A stretch of 49,834 nucleotides of DNA from assembly GCA_051986585.1 (NCBI GenBank), contig JBPYFA010000297.1, forward strand, positions 1 through 49,834. The letters are read 5' to 3'. The notes beneath the pieces are model-generated. The model searched no databases and was not told the origin of the DNA. It saw only the letters and a program-made list of their open reading frames with translations. Source of the stretch: Vicinamibacterales bacterium. GTDB lineage: Bacteria > Acidobacteriota > Vicinamibacteria > Vicinamibacterales > 2-12-FULL-66-21. Positions 8,913-18,567 of the stretch are shown piece by piece; within the stretch, counting starts at the first letter, position 1, and every line of letters begins with the position of its first letter. The translations under genes were made by a program, and so were the position numbers.

Positions 8913-9692
8913 GTGTTCGACCAGGGACAGGGAACCCCACTCATCGTCATTCCCGGCGTGCAGGGCCGGTGGGAATGGATGAAGCCGACGCTCGATGAAC
9001 TCGGCAAGCGTTGCCGGGCATTGTCCTACACGTTGTGTGGCGACATTGGTTCGGGCATGAAGTTCGACCGTGCACTCGGGTTCGACAACTTCGTCCGGCA
9101 GCTCGACACCGTATTCGAGCAGGCGGCGATCGAGCGAGCCGCACTGTGCGGCGTGTCGTATGGAGGGTTCATCGCGCTGCGATATGCGGCCCTCCGCCCC
9201 GAACGCGTTTCGTCGCTGGTGTTCGCGTCGTCTCCCGCCCCAGGATGGATTCCCGATGCGCGGCAACGACGGTACGTGGCTCGTCCGTGGCAGTCCGCGC
9301 CCGCGTTTGTCGCCGGCGCGCCGCTCCGGTTATGGCCGGAGATTCGCGCCGCGTACGACACACCGCGTGAGCGATTGTCGTTCTTCGTGCGCCACGCGGC
9401 GCGCGTGGTTGCCGCTCCGATCGTGCCCCCTCTCGTGGCCGCGCGCGTCACCCTGCAGCAGCAGCGGGATTTCACGCCCGACTGCGCGCGCGTGCGAGTA
9501 CCGACGCTGATCGTGACCGGCGAGGACGATCTCGACCGGATCGTTCCGGCGGAAGTGACCCGGCGATATCGCCAGCTGATTCCCGGAGCGCGCTACGTGC
9601 AGATGAAACGATCGGGCCATCTCGGACTGCTCACACATCCGGCGCAGTTTGCCGATATCGTCACTGGATTCATCAATGGCAACGGTCACTGA
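8913..9692 (+). CDS. Alpha/beta-fold hydrolase
   Basis: GTG start. Nucleophile elbow GVSYGG. The C-terminal HLGLLTHP histidine region is typical of the fold. Confidence 0.8.
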   Translation: MFDQGQGTPLIVIPGVQGRWEWMKPTLDELGKRCRALSYTLCGDIGSGMKFDRALGFDNFVRQLDTVFEQAAIERAALCGVSYGGFIALRYAALRPERVSSLVFASSPAPGWIPDARQRRYVARPWQSAPAFVAGAPLRLWPEIRAAYDTPRERLSFFVRHAARVVAAPIVPPLVAARVTLQQQRDFTPDCARVRVPTLIVTGEDDLDRIVPAEVTRRYRQLIPGARYVQMKRSGHLGLLTHPAQFADIVTGFINGNGH

Positions 9693-10347
9693 TCTCGCCG
9701 GCCCCGCCGGTTCGCTCGAAGCGCTGCTGGATGAACCGGACCGGCCGCAAGGAAACGACCGTCCGATCAAGGCAGCCGTCGTATTCGCACATCCGCACCC
9801 GCAATTCGGCGGAACGATGCATACGAAAGCGGTCTATCGCGGAGCGAAAGGACTGACGCGCATCGGCTGTGCGGTGTTGCGATTCAATTTTCGTGGCGTC
9901 GGCCGCAGTCAGGGATCCTTCGATCAGGGGGATGGTGAAAAGGAGGATTTCCGCGCGGCGCTCGACTACATGGCTGACCGGTATCGGGGAGCGCCGTTGT
10001 GGGCGGCGGGATTCTCGTTTGGCGCCTGGGTCGCCTTGGAAGTTGGTGCGGTCGACGAGCGGGTTTCAGTGCTGGTCGGGATCGCGCCGCCGGTAGCGAC
10101 GTCGATCTCCGGTCACGATTACACGTTCGAGAACACGCTCGCAAGCACCAAGCCGAAGTTCTTCGTGCAGGGAGAGGCTGACGACATCTGCCCGCTCGAA
10201 GGAATGTGGGCGTTCTACGCAAAGCTCCACGAACCGAAAGAGCTGGTCGTCATCGACGCCGCGAATCACCTGTTCGAAGGAAAGGCGCAGGAGGTCGGCG
10301 ACGCGCTCGAGGATTTGCTGGTCGATTTTCAGAGTAACGAACCATGA
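9676..10347 (+). CDS. Alpha/beta hydrolase (COG2945-like); the alternative start at 9649 is less likely
   Basis: GFSFGAW nucleophile elbow. MATVTDLAGPAGSLEALL is a typical N-terminus. The 3' end overlaps the thiolase start (ATGA at 10344-10347). Confidence 0.75.
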   Translation: MATVTDLAGPAGSLEALLDEPDRPQGNDRPIKAAVVFAHPHPQFGGTMHTKAVYRGAKGLTRIGCAVLRFNFRGVGRSQGSFDQGDGEKEDFRAALDYMADRYRGAPLWAAGFSFGAWVALEVGAVDERVSVLVGIAPPVATSISGHDYTFENTLASTKPKFFVQGEADDICPLEGMWAFYAKLHEPKELVVIDAANHLFEGKAQEVGDALEDLLVDFQSNEP

Positions 10348-11471
10348 AGGAAGCCGTCATCGTTGCTGCGGTGCGCACACCGGTCGGGAAAGCGCCGAAC
10401 GGCGCGCTGCGGACGACGCGGCCTGACGAAATGGCCGCCGTGGTCATCAAAGATCTCTTGCGACGCGTGCCATCTCTCGATCCGGGTGAGATCGAAGACG
10501 TGATGTTCGGCTGTGCGATGCCGGAAGCGGAACAGGGCTTGAACGTCGCGCGAATAGCCAGCCTCCGTGCTGGGATTCCCGTGTCGGCCTCCGCGGTCAC
10601 CATCAACAGGTTCTGTTCGTCCGGTCTGCAGTCGATCGCCTCGGCCGCCGAACGAATCATCGCCGGCTTCGCGTCAACCATCGTCGCTGGCGGCACCGAG
10701 TCGATGAGCCTGGTGCCGATGGGCGGCAACAAGGTCGCGCCCAACCCGGCGCTGGTCGACAGCTATCCGGATGTGTATCTGAGCACGGGGCTGGTCGCCG
10801 AGAATCATGCGCGGGAAGCCTCGGTCTCGCGCCAGGAACAGGACAGCTTTGCGCTTCGCTCGCACCAGCGCGCCGTTGCCGCGATCGATGCCGGCCGGTT
10901 CGCCGACGAACTCGTGCCGTTGCCGGAGCTGAAAATCGACGAAGGCCCGCGGCGGGATACATCGATGGAAGCACTCTCGAAGCTGCGCCCGGCATTCCAC
11001 GTCAAGGGAACGGTGACGGCCGGCAACTCATCGCAGACGAGCGACGGCGCGGCGGCGGTTCTCGTCATGTCGCTCGACCGTGCACGTGAACTCGGGCTTC
11101 GACCGCTCGGCCGCTTCGTGGCGTTCGCGACGGCTGGCGTGGAACCCGAACGGTTCGGGATCGGCCCGGTGCCGGCGATTCGCAAGGTGCTGAAGCTGGC
11201 CGGCTTGTCGCTGGAGCAGATGGATCTCGTCGAGCTGAACGAGGCGTTCGCCGCCCAGGTCATCGCGTGCCTGCGCGAGCTGCCGATCGATCCGGATCGT
11301 TTGAACGTCAACGGAGGAGCGATCGCGCTCGGGCATCCGCTGGGCTGCACCGGGGCGAAATTGACGACGACACTTCTCAACGAGATGCGGCGGCGGAAGG
11401 CGAGATACGGGCTGGTTTCGATGTGCGTGGGCGGCGGAATGGGCGCCGCCGGAATCTTCGAAAGCATGTAG
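10344..11471 (+). CDS. fadA: Acetyl-CoA C-acyltransferase (3-ketoacyl-CoA thiolase)
   Basis: Active-site motifs NRFCSSGLQ, NGGAIALGHPLGCTG and CVGGGMG. Confidence 0.95.
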   Translation: MKEAVIVAAVRTPVGKAPNGALRTTRPDEMAAVVIKDLLRRVPSLDPGEIEDVMFGCAMPEAEQGLNVARIASLRAGIPVSASAVTINRFCSSGLQSIASAAERIIAGFASTIVAGGTESMSLVPMGGNKVAPNPALVDSYPDVYLSTGLVAENHAREASVSRQEQDSFALRSHQRAVAAIDAGRFADELVPLPELKIDEGPRRDTSMEALSKLRPAFHVKGTVTAGNSSQTSDGAAAVLVMSLDRARELGLRPLGRFVAFATAGVEPERFGIGPVPAIRKVLKLAGLSLEQMDLVELNEAFAAQVIACLRELPIDPDRLNVNGGAIALGHPLGCTGAKLTTTLLNEMRRRKARYGLVSMCVGGGMGAAGIFESM

Positions 11472-11475
11472 GTGC

Positions 11476-13244
11476 GTGATGACAACACTGACAACTGCGC
11501 GCGGCGGCTCCTGGTTGATCGAAGACACACCGGCAGACTCGGTGTTCACTCCGGAGTCGCTTTCCGACGAGCATCGGCTGATCGCGCAAACCGCTGAGGA
11601 GTTCGTCGCCAATGAGGTGATGGCCGGCCTGGAGCGACTCGAGCAGAAGGACTGGACTCTGGCGCGTGAGCTCGTGCGGCGCGCCGGCGAGCTCGGATTG
11701 CTGGGCACCGACGTCGCGGAGGCACTCGGCGGTGTCGGCCTGGACAAGGTGGCGGCGATCATCGTCGGCGAAGCGGTCGGTCGATCGGCGTCGTTTGCCA
11801 CCACGTTCGGGGCGCAGACCGGCCTGGCGATCACCCCGTTGGTTTGCTTTGGAACCGAGGCACAGAAGGAAAAGTATCTCGGACGCCTCATCAACGGGGA
11901 GATGGTGGTGCGTATGCGCTCAGCGAATCGGGATCGGGATCCGACGCGCTCGGGGCCAAGGCGAGAGCCACGCGACAGCCGGATGGAAGCTTCACCATCA
12001 GCGGCGAAAAGATGTGGATCACCAACGGCGGGTTCGCCGATCTCTTCATCGTGTTCGCCAAGGTCGTCGGCGATGGCGGGGACGCTTTCACCGCGTTCCT
12101 CGTCGAACGAACGTTCCCGGGTGTGAGCAACGGGAAAGAAGAACACAAGATGGGCCTCCACGGCTCGTCAACGACGCCGTTGATCCTGCAGGACGCGCGG
12201 GTGCCGGCGGAAAATGTGCTCGGCGAGATCGGGAAGGGACACAAGGTCGCCTTCAACGTGCTCAACTACGGCCGCTTCAAGCTCGCAGCGATGTGCAGTG
12301 GAGGTGCCCGCGCGATTGTCAGTGAGGCCGCGAAATACGCCGCGCAGCGAAAGCAGTTCGGTCAGCCGATCGCCTCGTTCGGCGCGATCAAGCACAAGCT
12401 CGCCGAGATCGCGATCCGGGAGTTCGCGGTCGAGAGCATGCTGTATCGCACGGCAGCGCTGATCGATCAGGCGGTCGAAGCAGCTGGCCCGACGCCCACC
12501 GGCGACGCGGTGCTCGCCGCGCTGGAAGAATTTGCCATCGAAGCAAGCATCCTCAAAGTGGCGGGCAGCGAAATGATCGATTACGCCGTTGACGAAAACG
12601 TGCAAATCCACGGCGGCAACGGCTTCGTGCGCGACTACGCCGCCGAGCGGATGTATCGCGACGCCAGGGTCAATCGCATCTTCGAGGGGACCAACGAGAT
12701 CAACCGGCTGCTGATTCCAGGCATGTTGATTCGCCGGGCACTCAAAGGCGGCCTGCCACTGATTCCGGCAGCCAAGAAACTGCAGGAGGAGATCCTGACG
12801 CCGTCGCCGGCCGAGCCGCCGTCCGACGAACCGCTGGAAAACGCGAAGCGGACCGTCGCGTCACTGCGGAAAGTGGCACTGATGGTGCTCGGCTCAGCCA
12901 TGCAGACCTACGGTGAGAAGCTGACGGACCGACAGGAGTTGCTCACGCTGGCCGCAGACATCATCATCGATGTGTTCGCCGCCGAGAGCGTGCTGCTCCG
13001 CGCGTCGCGCATGCCGGCAGCGTCGACCGCCGTCGCCGCGGCCGAGGTCTACATCGCGGACGCGGCAGGACGAGTCGAGATTGCGGCCCGCACGGCTCTT
13101 GCTGAAATGACCGACGGGGACAACCTGCGCACACTCTTGGCGGCGCTTCGGCGCCTGCTCAAACCCGCGCCCATCAACACCGTGGCACGGCGCCGGCAGA
13201 TCGCTGACGACATCATCGAGCGCAAGGCTTATCCTTATCGATGA
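11476..13244 (+). pseudogene. Long (about 590 aa) FadE/YusJ-type acyl-CoA dehydrogenase interrupted by a 1-nt frameshift near 11905-11912
   Basis: The N-terminal part reads in the 11476 frame up to ...KYLGRLINGEMV. Homology continues in the 11844 frame as GAYALSESGSGSDALGAKA...EKMWITNGG. One extra G in ATGGTGGTGCG would restore EMVGAYALSE. Confidence 0.85.
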
Positions 13245-13963
13245 TGGTGACTAAGCAGGCTGTCGTCGCGAATCAGCGGCGCGAGCCGAGGGCGAGCGCT
13301 GGCGGGCGCTGGGGGTGGGGCCCCAGCGCAAACCAAAAGAAGCAGACGCAGTCCGCAGTCACCGCGAATCAGCGGCGCGGGTTCCTCGCCGCTCTCTTAC
13401 TCCTGACACTGGCCTGCACGAAGGAAGTTTCCTACGTCGACAGCATCAGCGAATGGCGGACGACGAAGGACGCATTCATGCAGCGATCGCCGGATTCCCC
13501 GATTCCGGCCGATCGCCGCGCTTCGTTTCCACCGCTGAGTTATTTTCCGATCGAACCGGAGTATCGCGTCCCGGCGTCCCTCACCGTCAATCGCACGTCG
13601 GACGTGATCGAGATCCCGACATCCCGCGGTGAACGCCGGCCCCACAACCGGGTGGGCCAATTGTCTTTCACGTTGAAAGGGCGCCTGCTCACGCTGACGG
13701 CGTTCGTTGAAGTCGGTCAGCAGGACGTGAATCACCTGTTCGTACCGTTCGGCGATCTCACCAACGGCACTGAAACCTATCCGGGAGGTCGATACCTCGA
13801 ACTTGACCGGACGCCGACCGGCATCTACGATCTCGACTTCAACCGTGCGTTTCATCCGTTCTGCTACTACAACCCCCAATACGATTGCCCCTATCCGCCG
13901 CGAGAGAACCGGCTCCCGATTCCAATCCGCGCCGGAGAGCGCATGAGCGCGGCGGGACATTGA
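13241..13963 (+). CDS. DUF1684-domain lipoprotein
   Basis: C-terminal FNRAFHPFCYYNPQYDCPYPPRENRLPIPIRAGE is the DUF1684 signature. ATGA overlap with the upstream stop. Lipobox LLLLTLAC sits after an unusually long n-region. Confidence 0.8.
   Translation: MMVTKQAVVANQRREPRASAGGRWGWGPSANQKKQTQSAVTANQRRGFLAALLLLTLACTKEVSYVDSISEWRTTKDAFMQRSPDSPIPADRRASFPPLSYFPIEPEYRVPASLTVNRTSDVIEIPTSRGERRPHNRVGQLSFTLKGRLLTLTAFVEVGQQDVNHLFVPFGDLTNGTETYPGGRYLELDRTPTGIYDLDFNRAFHPFCYYNPQYDCPYPPRENRLPIPIRAGERMSAAGH
13267..13379. repeat. 17-nt direct repeat CGCGAATCAGCGGCGCG (13267-13283 and 13363-13379, offset 96 nt) flanking a 9-bp GC hairpin GCGCTGGGG-n6-CCCCAGCGC
   Basis: Verified by reading. It lies inside the N-terminal coding region of the DUF1684 gene and is in frame. 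Confidence 0.85.
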
Positions 13964-13970
13964 CGAAGCT

Positions 13971-14648
13971 GTGATCAAAGCCATCGTCTTCGATTTCGAC
14001 GGCGTGCTCGCGGACTCTGAACCGCTTCACCTGCGTGCGTACCAAACGGTGCTATCGAGATTGGGCATCGACCTCACCCGCGATGAGTACTACTCGAATT
14101 ACCTGGGGTACGACGACGAAGGGGTGTTCGCACAACTGTTCGAACGCCACGGATTGCGCGTGGACAGCGAGGGAATCCAGGCGTTGATCGAGGAGAAGAC
14201 GACCGTCTTCGATGCGACGATGGAAGAGAACATCGCGACAGCGGGCATCCTCTACCCGGGTGCGGCCGCCTGCGTCGAATTGATGGCATCGCGCTACCCC
14301 CTCGGCATTGCCTCCGGGGCGCTTCGCCATGAAATCGAGGCAATACTCCGCGGCGCGCATTTGCACCAGCATTTCCGGTTCATCGTCGCTTCCGGCGAAA
14401 CGCCGGAAGGAAAGCCAGCGCCCGACCCATATCGAAAGGCCGCGGGGCTCCACGGATTCGCGCCGATTGAGTGCATGGCGATTGAAGACTCGCGGTGGGG
14501 CATCGAGTCGGCAAAGTCTGCCGGGCTTGCTTGTATCGGAATAACGACGACCTACGGTCGCGAACATTTGCCAGGCGCCGACCACATCATCGAGTCACTC
14601 GAGGAGTTCACTCCCGACCTGGTCGACGTGTTCAGCAAGAGGCGCTAA
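13971..14648 (+). CDS. HAD-superfamily hydrolase (beta-phosphoglucomutase/phosphatase-like)
   Basis: MIKAIVFDFDGVLADSE (DxDGV motif I). GTG start. Confidence 0.85.
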   Translation: MIKAIVFDFDGVLADSEPLHLRAYQTVLSRLGIDLTRDEYYSNYLGYDDEGVFAQLFERHGLRVDSEGIQALIEEKTTVFDATMEENIATAGILYPGAAACVELMASRYPLGIASGALRHEIEAILRGAHLHQHFRFIVASGETPEGKPAPDPYRKAAGLHGFAPIECMAIEDSRWGIESAKSAGLACIGITTTYGREHLPGADHIIESLEEFTPDLVDVFSKRR

Positions 14649-14656
14649 AATTCAGC

Positions 14657-15604
14657 GTGCCGTTTTCTCTCCACCTCAACGCTCGGACCTCGGAAGTCGC
14701 CGCCGAATTGCAGAGGGCGATGAACGCGCCCGGAGATGATCTCGCACCTGCGGCGCTGGCGATCGCGAGAGTTGAGTATCCATCTCTCGATCCCAAGCCC
14801 TACCTCGCCAGGCTCGACCGCATGGGCCGCGAAGCGGCGACGCGCGTCACCGATTCCGCCGCGGATCCAATTCGCGCGTTCAACGAGTACTTGTACGACG
14901 AGCAGGGATTTGTCGGGAACCGCGAACGCTACGACGACCCGCGGAACAGCTTCATCAATGAAGTGCTGGATCGACGCACCGGTATTCCCATCAGCCTGGC
15001 CGTCGTCTACCTCGAGGTCGCGCACCGCGCAGGCCTGCACGTCGACGGCGTGAACTTCCCTGGACACTTCCTGCTGCGTATTCGAGACGGAATCGCCGGC
15101 GACGCCCGTTCGGAGGTCGGCATCATCGATCCGTTCCATGGCGGCGCGCGGCTGTCGGAATACGACTGTCGGCAGCTCTTGCGTCAGCATGTGGGTGACG
15201 AGGCGGCATTCGACGCGTCGCTTCTCGAGCCGGCAACCCGCCACGACATCGTTGTCCGCATGCTCGTGAATCTGAAGCGGCTGTACGTCAGGATGCAGTC
15301 GTTTCCACAGGCGAGGGTCATCTCCAGCCTGCTGCTCGGAATCGACCCGTCGGCGATTTCGGAGCTGCGCGACCGCGGGCTGCTGGCGTATCACCTGCAG
15401 GACTTTGCCGCGGCGTTACGCGATCTCGAGGAATACCTCCGACTCGCGCCGAAACTCGCCGAACCCGTCGAGCACGACGTGATCGCGGAACCTGAGGGCG
15501 AGCCGGACGGCGAGGATGCCGGTCGCGAAGGTGAGATGGATGACGCGACGCAGATTTGGGAGCACGTCAAGACGCTCCGCAAAAGAGTCGCAGGCTTCAA
15601 TTAG
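14657..15604 (+). CDS. SirB1/YchA-like protein (transglutaminase-like N-terminal domain plus TPR-like C-terminus). Start uncertain: GTG 14657 or ATG 14720.
   Basis: NEYLYDEQGFVGNRERYDDPRNSFINEVLDRRTGIPISLAVVYLEVAHRAGL...GVNFPGHFLLR is characteristic. The upstream part of the tracked ORF overlaps the HAD gene. Confidence 0.7.
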   Translation: MPFSLHLNARTSEVAAELQRAMNAPGDDLAPAALAIARVEYPSLDPKPYLARLDRMGREAATRVTDSAADPIRAFNEYLYDEQGFVGNRERYDDPRNSFINEVLDRRTGIPISLAVVYLEVAHRAGLHVDGVNFPGHFLLRIRDGIAGDARSEVGIIDPFHGGARLSEYDCRQLLRQHVGDEAAFDASLLEPATRHDIVVRMLVNLKRLYVRMQSFPQARVISSLLLGIDPSAISELRDRGLLAYHLQDFAAALRDLEEYLRLAPKLAEPVEHDVIAEPEGEPDGEDAGREGEMDDATQIWEHVKTLRKRVAGFN

Positions 15605-15610
15605 CCGCGA

Positions 15611-16792
15611 TCAGCGATCAGCAGTTTCACCGGATTGCAGGCGTGCAATCCGTTCACATCCTTCCAAGAGCTCTTCGACGCTGACGGCGCCGTAGGACAG
15701 CCGAAGGAACCCCTCTCCAGCCCGCCCGAATGACGCTCCCGGAATCGTGACCACATGCGTGCGTTCCAGAAGCGACGCCGCGAGCGACTCCGAAGGCTGG
15801 CCGGTCAGGATACGAGCGAACGCGAAGAAGCCGCCGCCGGTCGGCTGCCATCGGACGACAGGATTGCGCGAGAGCGCACTCTCCAGCACCGATCGCCGTC
15901 GTCGAAGCTCGGGCACAAACTGCGAGATGTAGTTCCAGTCGTCACGGACGGCCGCCTCGACGGCCTTCTGTGAAATCACCGGCGCGCAGATGATCATCGC
16001 GTCCTGGATTTTGATCGCCTCGTCGCAGATTCGTCGATCGGCAAGCAGATACCCGACGCGCCACCCGGTCATGGCAAACGACTTCGAGAATGTGCCGACC
16101 ACCACAACGTTGTCGCGCCAGCCGGCGATGGAGGCGGCGCTCGCGTGTGCGCCGTCGTAGACAAATTGCATGTAGGTCTCGTCGCACAGCAGCGTGATTT
16201 GCCGACGCGATAGCTCCGAGACGATCCGGTCGAGCTCCTCTCGGGCGATGACGGCGCCGGTCGGATTGCTGGGGGTGCAAAGAACGACGGCCCGCGTCCC
16301 TGGTGTCAGATGCGGCTCGATGTCATTCCAGCGTGCGGCAAAGCCACTGGAAGCGGAAACCGGTGCTTCGATCGGGATTGCGCCAGCCGCACGAACGGCC
16401 ATCTCGTGATTGAGAAAGTACGGGCTGGCCAGCACGACCTGATCGCCGGGATCGACGGTCGTCAATACCGCCAGCATGAATGCCTGGTTGCCGCCGGCAG
16501 TGATGATGAAATCTTCCGGGTTCGCATGAACGCCGAGGTGCTCCCGGAACCGATCGCAGAGCGCTTCACGAAAGCTGAGTAGACCCGCATCGGATGAATA
16601 CCGGTGGACGTCCGGATCAGCCAGCGCACGGGCGGCGGCTTCGAGCGCGGCCGGCGGGGGCGGGAATCCGGGCACCGCCTGCCCGAGGCTGATCACACGA
16701 TGGCCAGCATCCCGCAGCGCGGCCGCTTTCTGATTGAGAAAATCGAAAGGCGGAAAAACGAGTCGATGGGCGCGAGCGGAAACAGCCGACAT
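15611..16792 (-). CDS. Class I/II pyridoxal-phosphate-dependent aminotransferase
   Basis: PLP-lysine motif SKSFAMTGWRVGY. 393 aa. Confidence 0.9.
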   Translation of the reverse strand: MSAVSARAHRLVFPPFDFLNQKAAALRDAGHRVISLGQAVPGFPPPPAALEAAARALADPDVHRYSSDAGLLSFREALCDRFREHLGVHANPEDFIITAGGNQAFMLAVLTTVDPGDQVVLASPYFLNHEMAVRAAGAIPIEAPVSASSGFAARWNDIEPHLTPGTRAVVLCTPSNPTGAVIAREELDRIVSELSRRQITLLCDETYMQFVYDGAHASAASIAGWRDNVVVVGTFSKSFAMTGWRVGYLLADRRICDEAIKIQDAMIICAPVISQKAVEAAVRDDWNYISQFVPELRRRRSVLESALSRNPVVRWQPTGGGFFAFARILTGQPSESLAASLLERTHVVTIPGASFGRAGEGFLRLSYGAVSVEELLEGCERIARLQSGETADR

Positions 16793-16805
16793 CAGCCGCC
16801 GAACA

Positions 16806-17765
16806 TTATTGTGCTGCTACCGTTGACGTGCGAAGCGAATGCTGGTTTTCGAGAAACCACTCGTAGGTAGAGGTGAGCCCCTCGTGCAGGCTGATCCGGT
16901 GCGTCCACCCGAGCGCGTGCAGCCGGCCCACGTCGAGCAGCTTTCGAGGCGGTCCGTCGGGCTTGCTGGTGTCGAACCGTAGCGTCGCGGCAGGATGAAT
17001 CACCGCCCTGAGCGTTTCCGCCAGCTCGCGAATAGAGAGATCCTCACCGGTGCCGACATTGATATGGCCTAACTCGTCGTAGCGCTCCATCAGGAACACA
17101 CAGGCATCGGCGAGATCGTCTGCGTGCAGAAACTCACGACGCGGGGTGCCTGTTCCCCAGATCTCGATTTCGCGCCGTCCCTCGATCTTCGCGTCGTGGA
17201 ATTTCCGAATCAGCGCCGGCAGGACGTGGGACTGCGTCAGGTCGAAGTTGTCGTTGGGGCCGTACAGGTTCGTCGGCATCGCTGAGATGAAGTTCGACCC
17301 GTACTGGCGACGATATGCCTCGCACAGTTTGATGCCGGCGATCTTGGCAATCGCATACGGCTCGTTGGTCGGCTCGAGCAACCCAGTGAGCAGGTGCTCT
17401 TCCTTCATCGGCTGCGGTGCAAGCCGCGGATAGATACACGAACTGCCGAGGTAGAGGAGCTTCTTCACGCCGTATTGATGCGCCGCATGAACCACGGTCG
17501 CGTGAATCAGCATGTTGTCGTAGATGAACTCGGCGGGGCGAGTCGAGTTCGCGAAAATCCCACCCACGGTTCCCGCAACCAGAAACACGTAGTCGGGCCG
17601 ATTCGCACGAAACCAGTAGCTGACGGCCGCCTGATCGCGAAGATCCAGTTGATCGCGAGTTGCGGTGAGCAGTCGGGTCGCACCGGCGCGCTCGAGCCGG
17701 CGAACGATAGCTGAGCCGACCAGCCCGCGGCTGCCGGCAACGAAAATTCGGGAGTTCAGGTTCAT
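16806..17765 (-). CDS. fcl: GDP-L-fucose synthase (GDP-4-keto-6-deoxymannose epimerase/reductase)
   Basis: IFVAGSRGLVGSA, GSSCIYP, YAIAK, NLYGPNDNF, WGTGTPRREFLH. The ATG at 17765 (MNLNSRIFVAG) is preferred over the GTG at 17777. Confidence 0.9.
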   Translation of the reverse strand: MNLNSRIFVAGSRGLVGSAIVRRLERAGATRLLTATRDQLDLRDQAAVSYWFRANRPDYVFLVAGTVGGIFANSTRPAEFIYDNMLIHATVVHAAHQYGVKKLLYLGSSCIYPRLAPQPMKEEHLLTGLLEPTNEPYAIAKIAGIKLCEAYRRQYGSNFISAMPTNLYGPNDNFDLTQSHVLPALIRKFHDAKIEGRREIEIWGTGTPRREFLHADDLADACVFLMERYDELGHINVGTGEDLSIRELAETLRAVIHPAATLRFDTSKPDGPPRKLLDVGRLHALGWTHRISLHEGLTSTYEWFLENQHSLRTSTVAAQ

Positions 17766-17847
17766 GAGACTAGACACAAGGATACTGGAGAGAGCTGTTC
17801 CTTAGCACCGATTGTTGCTCCCGAAGGGCGCGGGCTCGGGCGCCGCG

Positions 17848-18504
17848 TTATGGTGAAACGACAACGTGCTTTCGAAAATTCCCCGCAGCGTCGGGATCTG
17901 TGTCGATGGCGGCAAGCACTCCTCGGGCGTACGTCAGACGCCGGTCAGGTTTGCCGTCGCCGTTCTCGTCGAAGGATGCCGTCTTCAGTATGCCAGCCTC
18001 GTAGGTTTCCCACTTGTCTACCCGGCCATTGTGGTCGGTGTCTTCTTCGGCGGCGGTGATCGTCTCAGCCTCGTAGTGCTCCCATCGATCGATCTTGGTC
18101 TCATCGAAAGACGAAGAAATCTCGATTCGTCGAGTCTTTCCATCATCGCCAGGAAACGCCCAGGCGTCGGGCTTGCCCGTGTCAGCGCGCGAGAAGCCAA
18201 CTTTCACGAGCTTCGACTGGTCGTCGTAATACTCCCACCGGTCGATCTTGCCGTCCTCGTTGCGATCGATCCGGGTTCGAACGGCACGTCGGCCGTCCAT
18301 TTCAGTCCAGGTGTCGACTTTGCCGTTGTGATTGGAATCGAAGGCGAGCTCGGTCAAGCGGCCGGTCTTCGTGTCGTAGGTTGGCGTGATGCCCGCCTTG
18401 TTTGCCGGGCCGGCGGATCGAGAGCAATCCGCAATGAGCGACACGCACGCACACAGAAGCAACGCGGCGCCGAACCGTACCCGCGCCACACCGGCGTCTG
18501 GCAC
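17848..18504 (-). CDS. Lipoprotein with about six DxNxDGK-D-W (calcium-binding-like) repeats
   Basis: Lipobox region LLLCACVSLIADC. Repeats: DSNHNGKVDTW, DRNEDGKIDRW, DTDHNGRVDKW, DENGDGKPD. Confidence 0.7.
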   Translation of the reverse strand: MPDAGVARVRFGAALLLCACVSLIADCSRSAGPANKAGITPTYDTKTGRLTELAFDSNHNGKVDTWTEMDGRRAVRTRIDRNEDGKIDRWEYYDDQSKLVKVGFSRADTGKPDAWAFPGDDGKTRRIEISSSFDETKIDRWEHYEAETITAAEEDTDHNGRVDKWETYEAGILKTASFDENGDGKPDRRLTYARGVLAAIDTDPDAAGNFRKHVVVSP

Positions 18505-18567
18505 GCCGGCGATGGTACGAACCGCACGCGCGTGTGGTCAAGTGGAATTGTCGTGAGCTGGCGGACA

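Noticed and set aside
11899-11915. Programmed -1 ribosomal frameshift in the acyl-CoA dehydrogenase
   Set aside because: There is no X XXY YYZ slippery heptamer (the site is G GTG GTG) and no obvious downstream stimulatory structure. A simple 1-nt indel is the more economical explanation.
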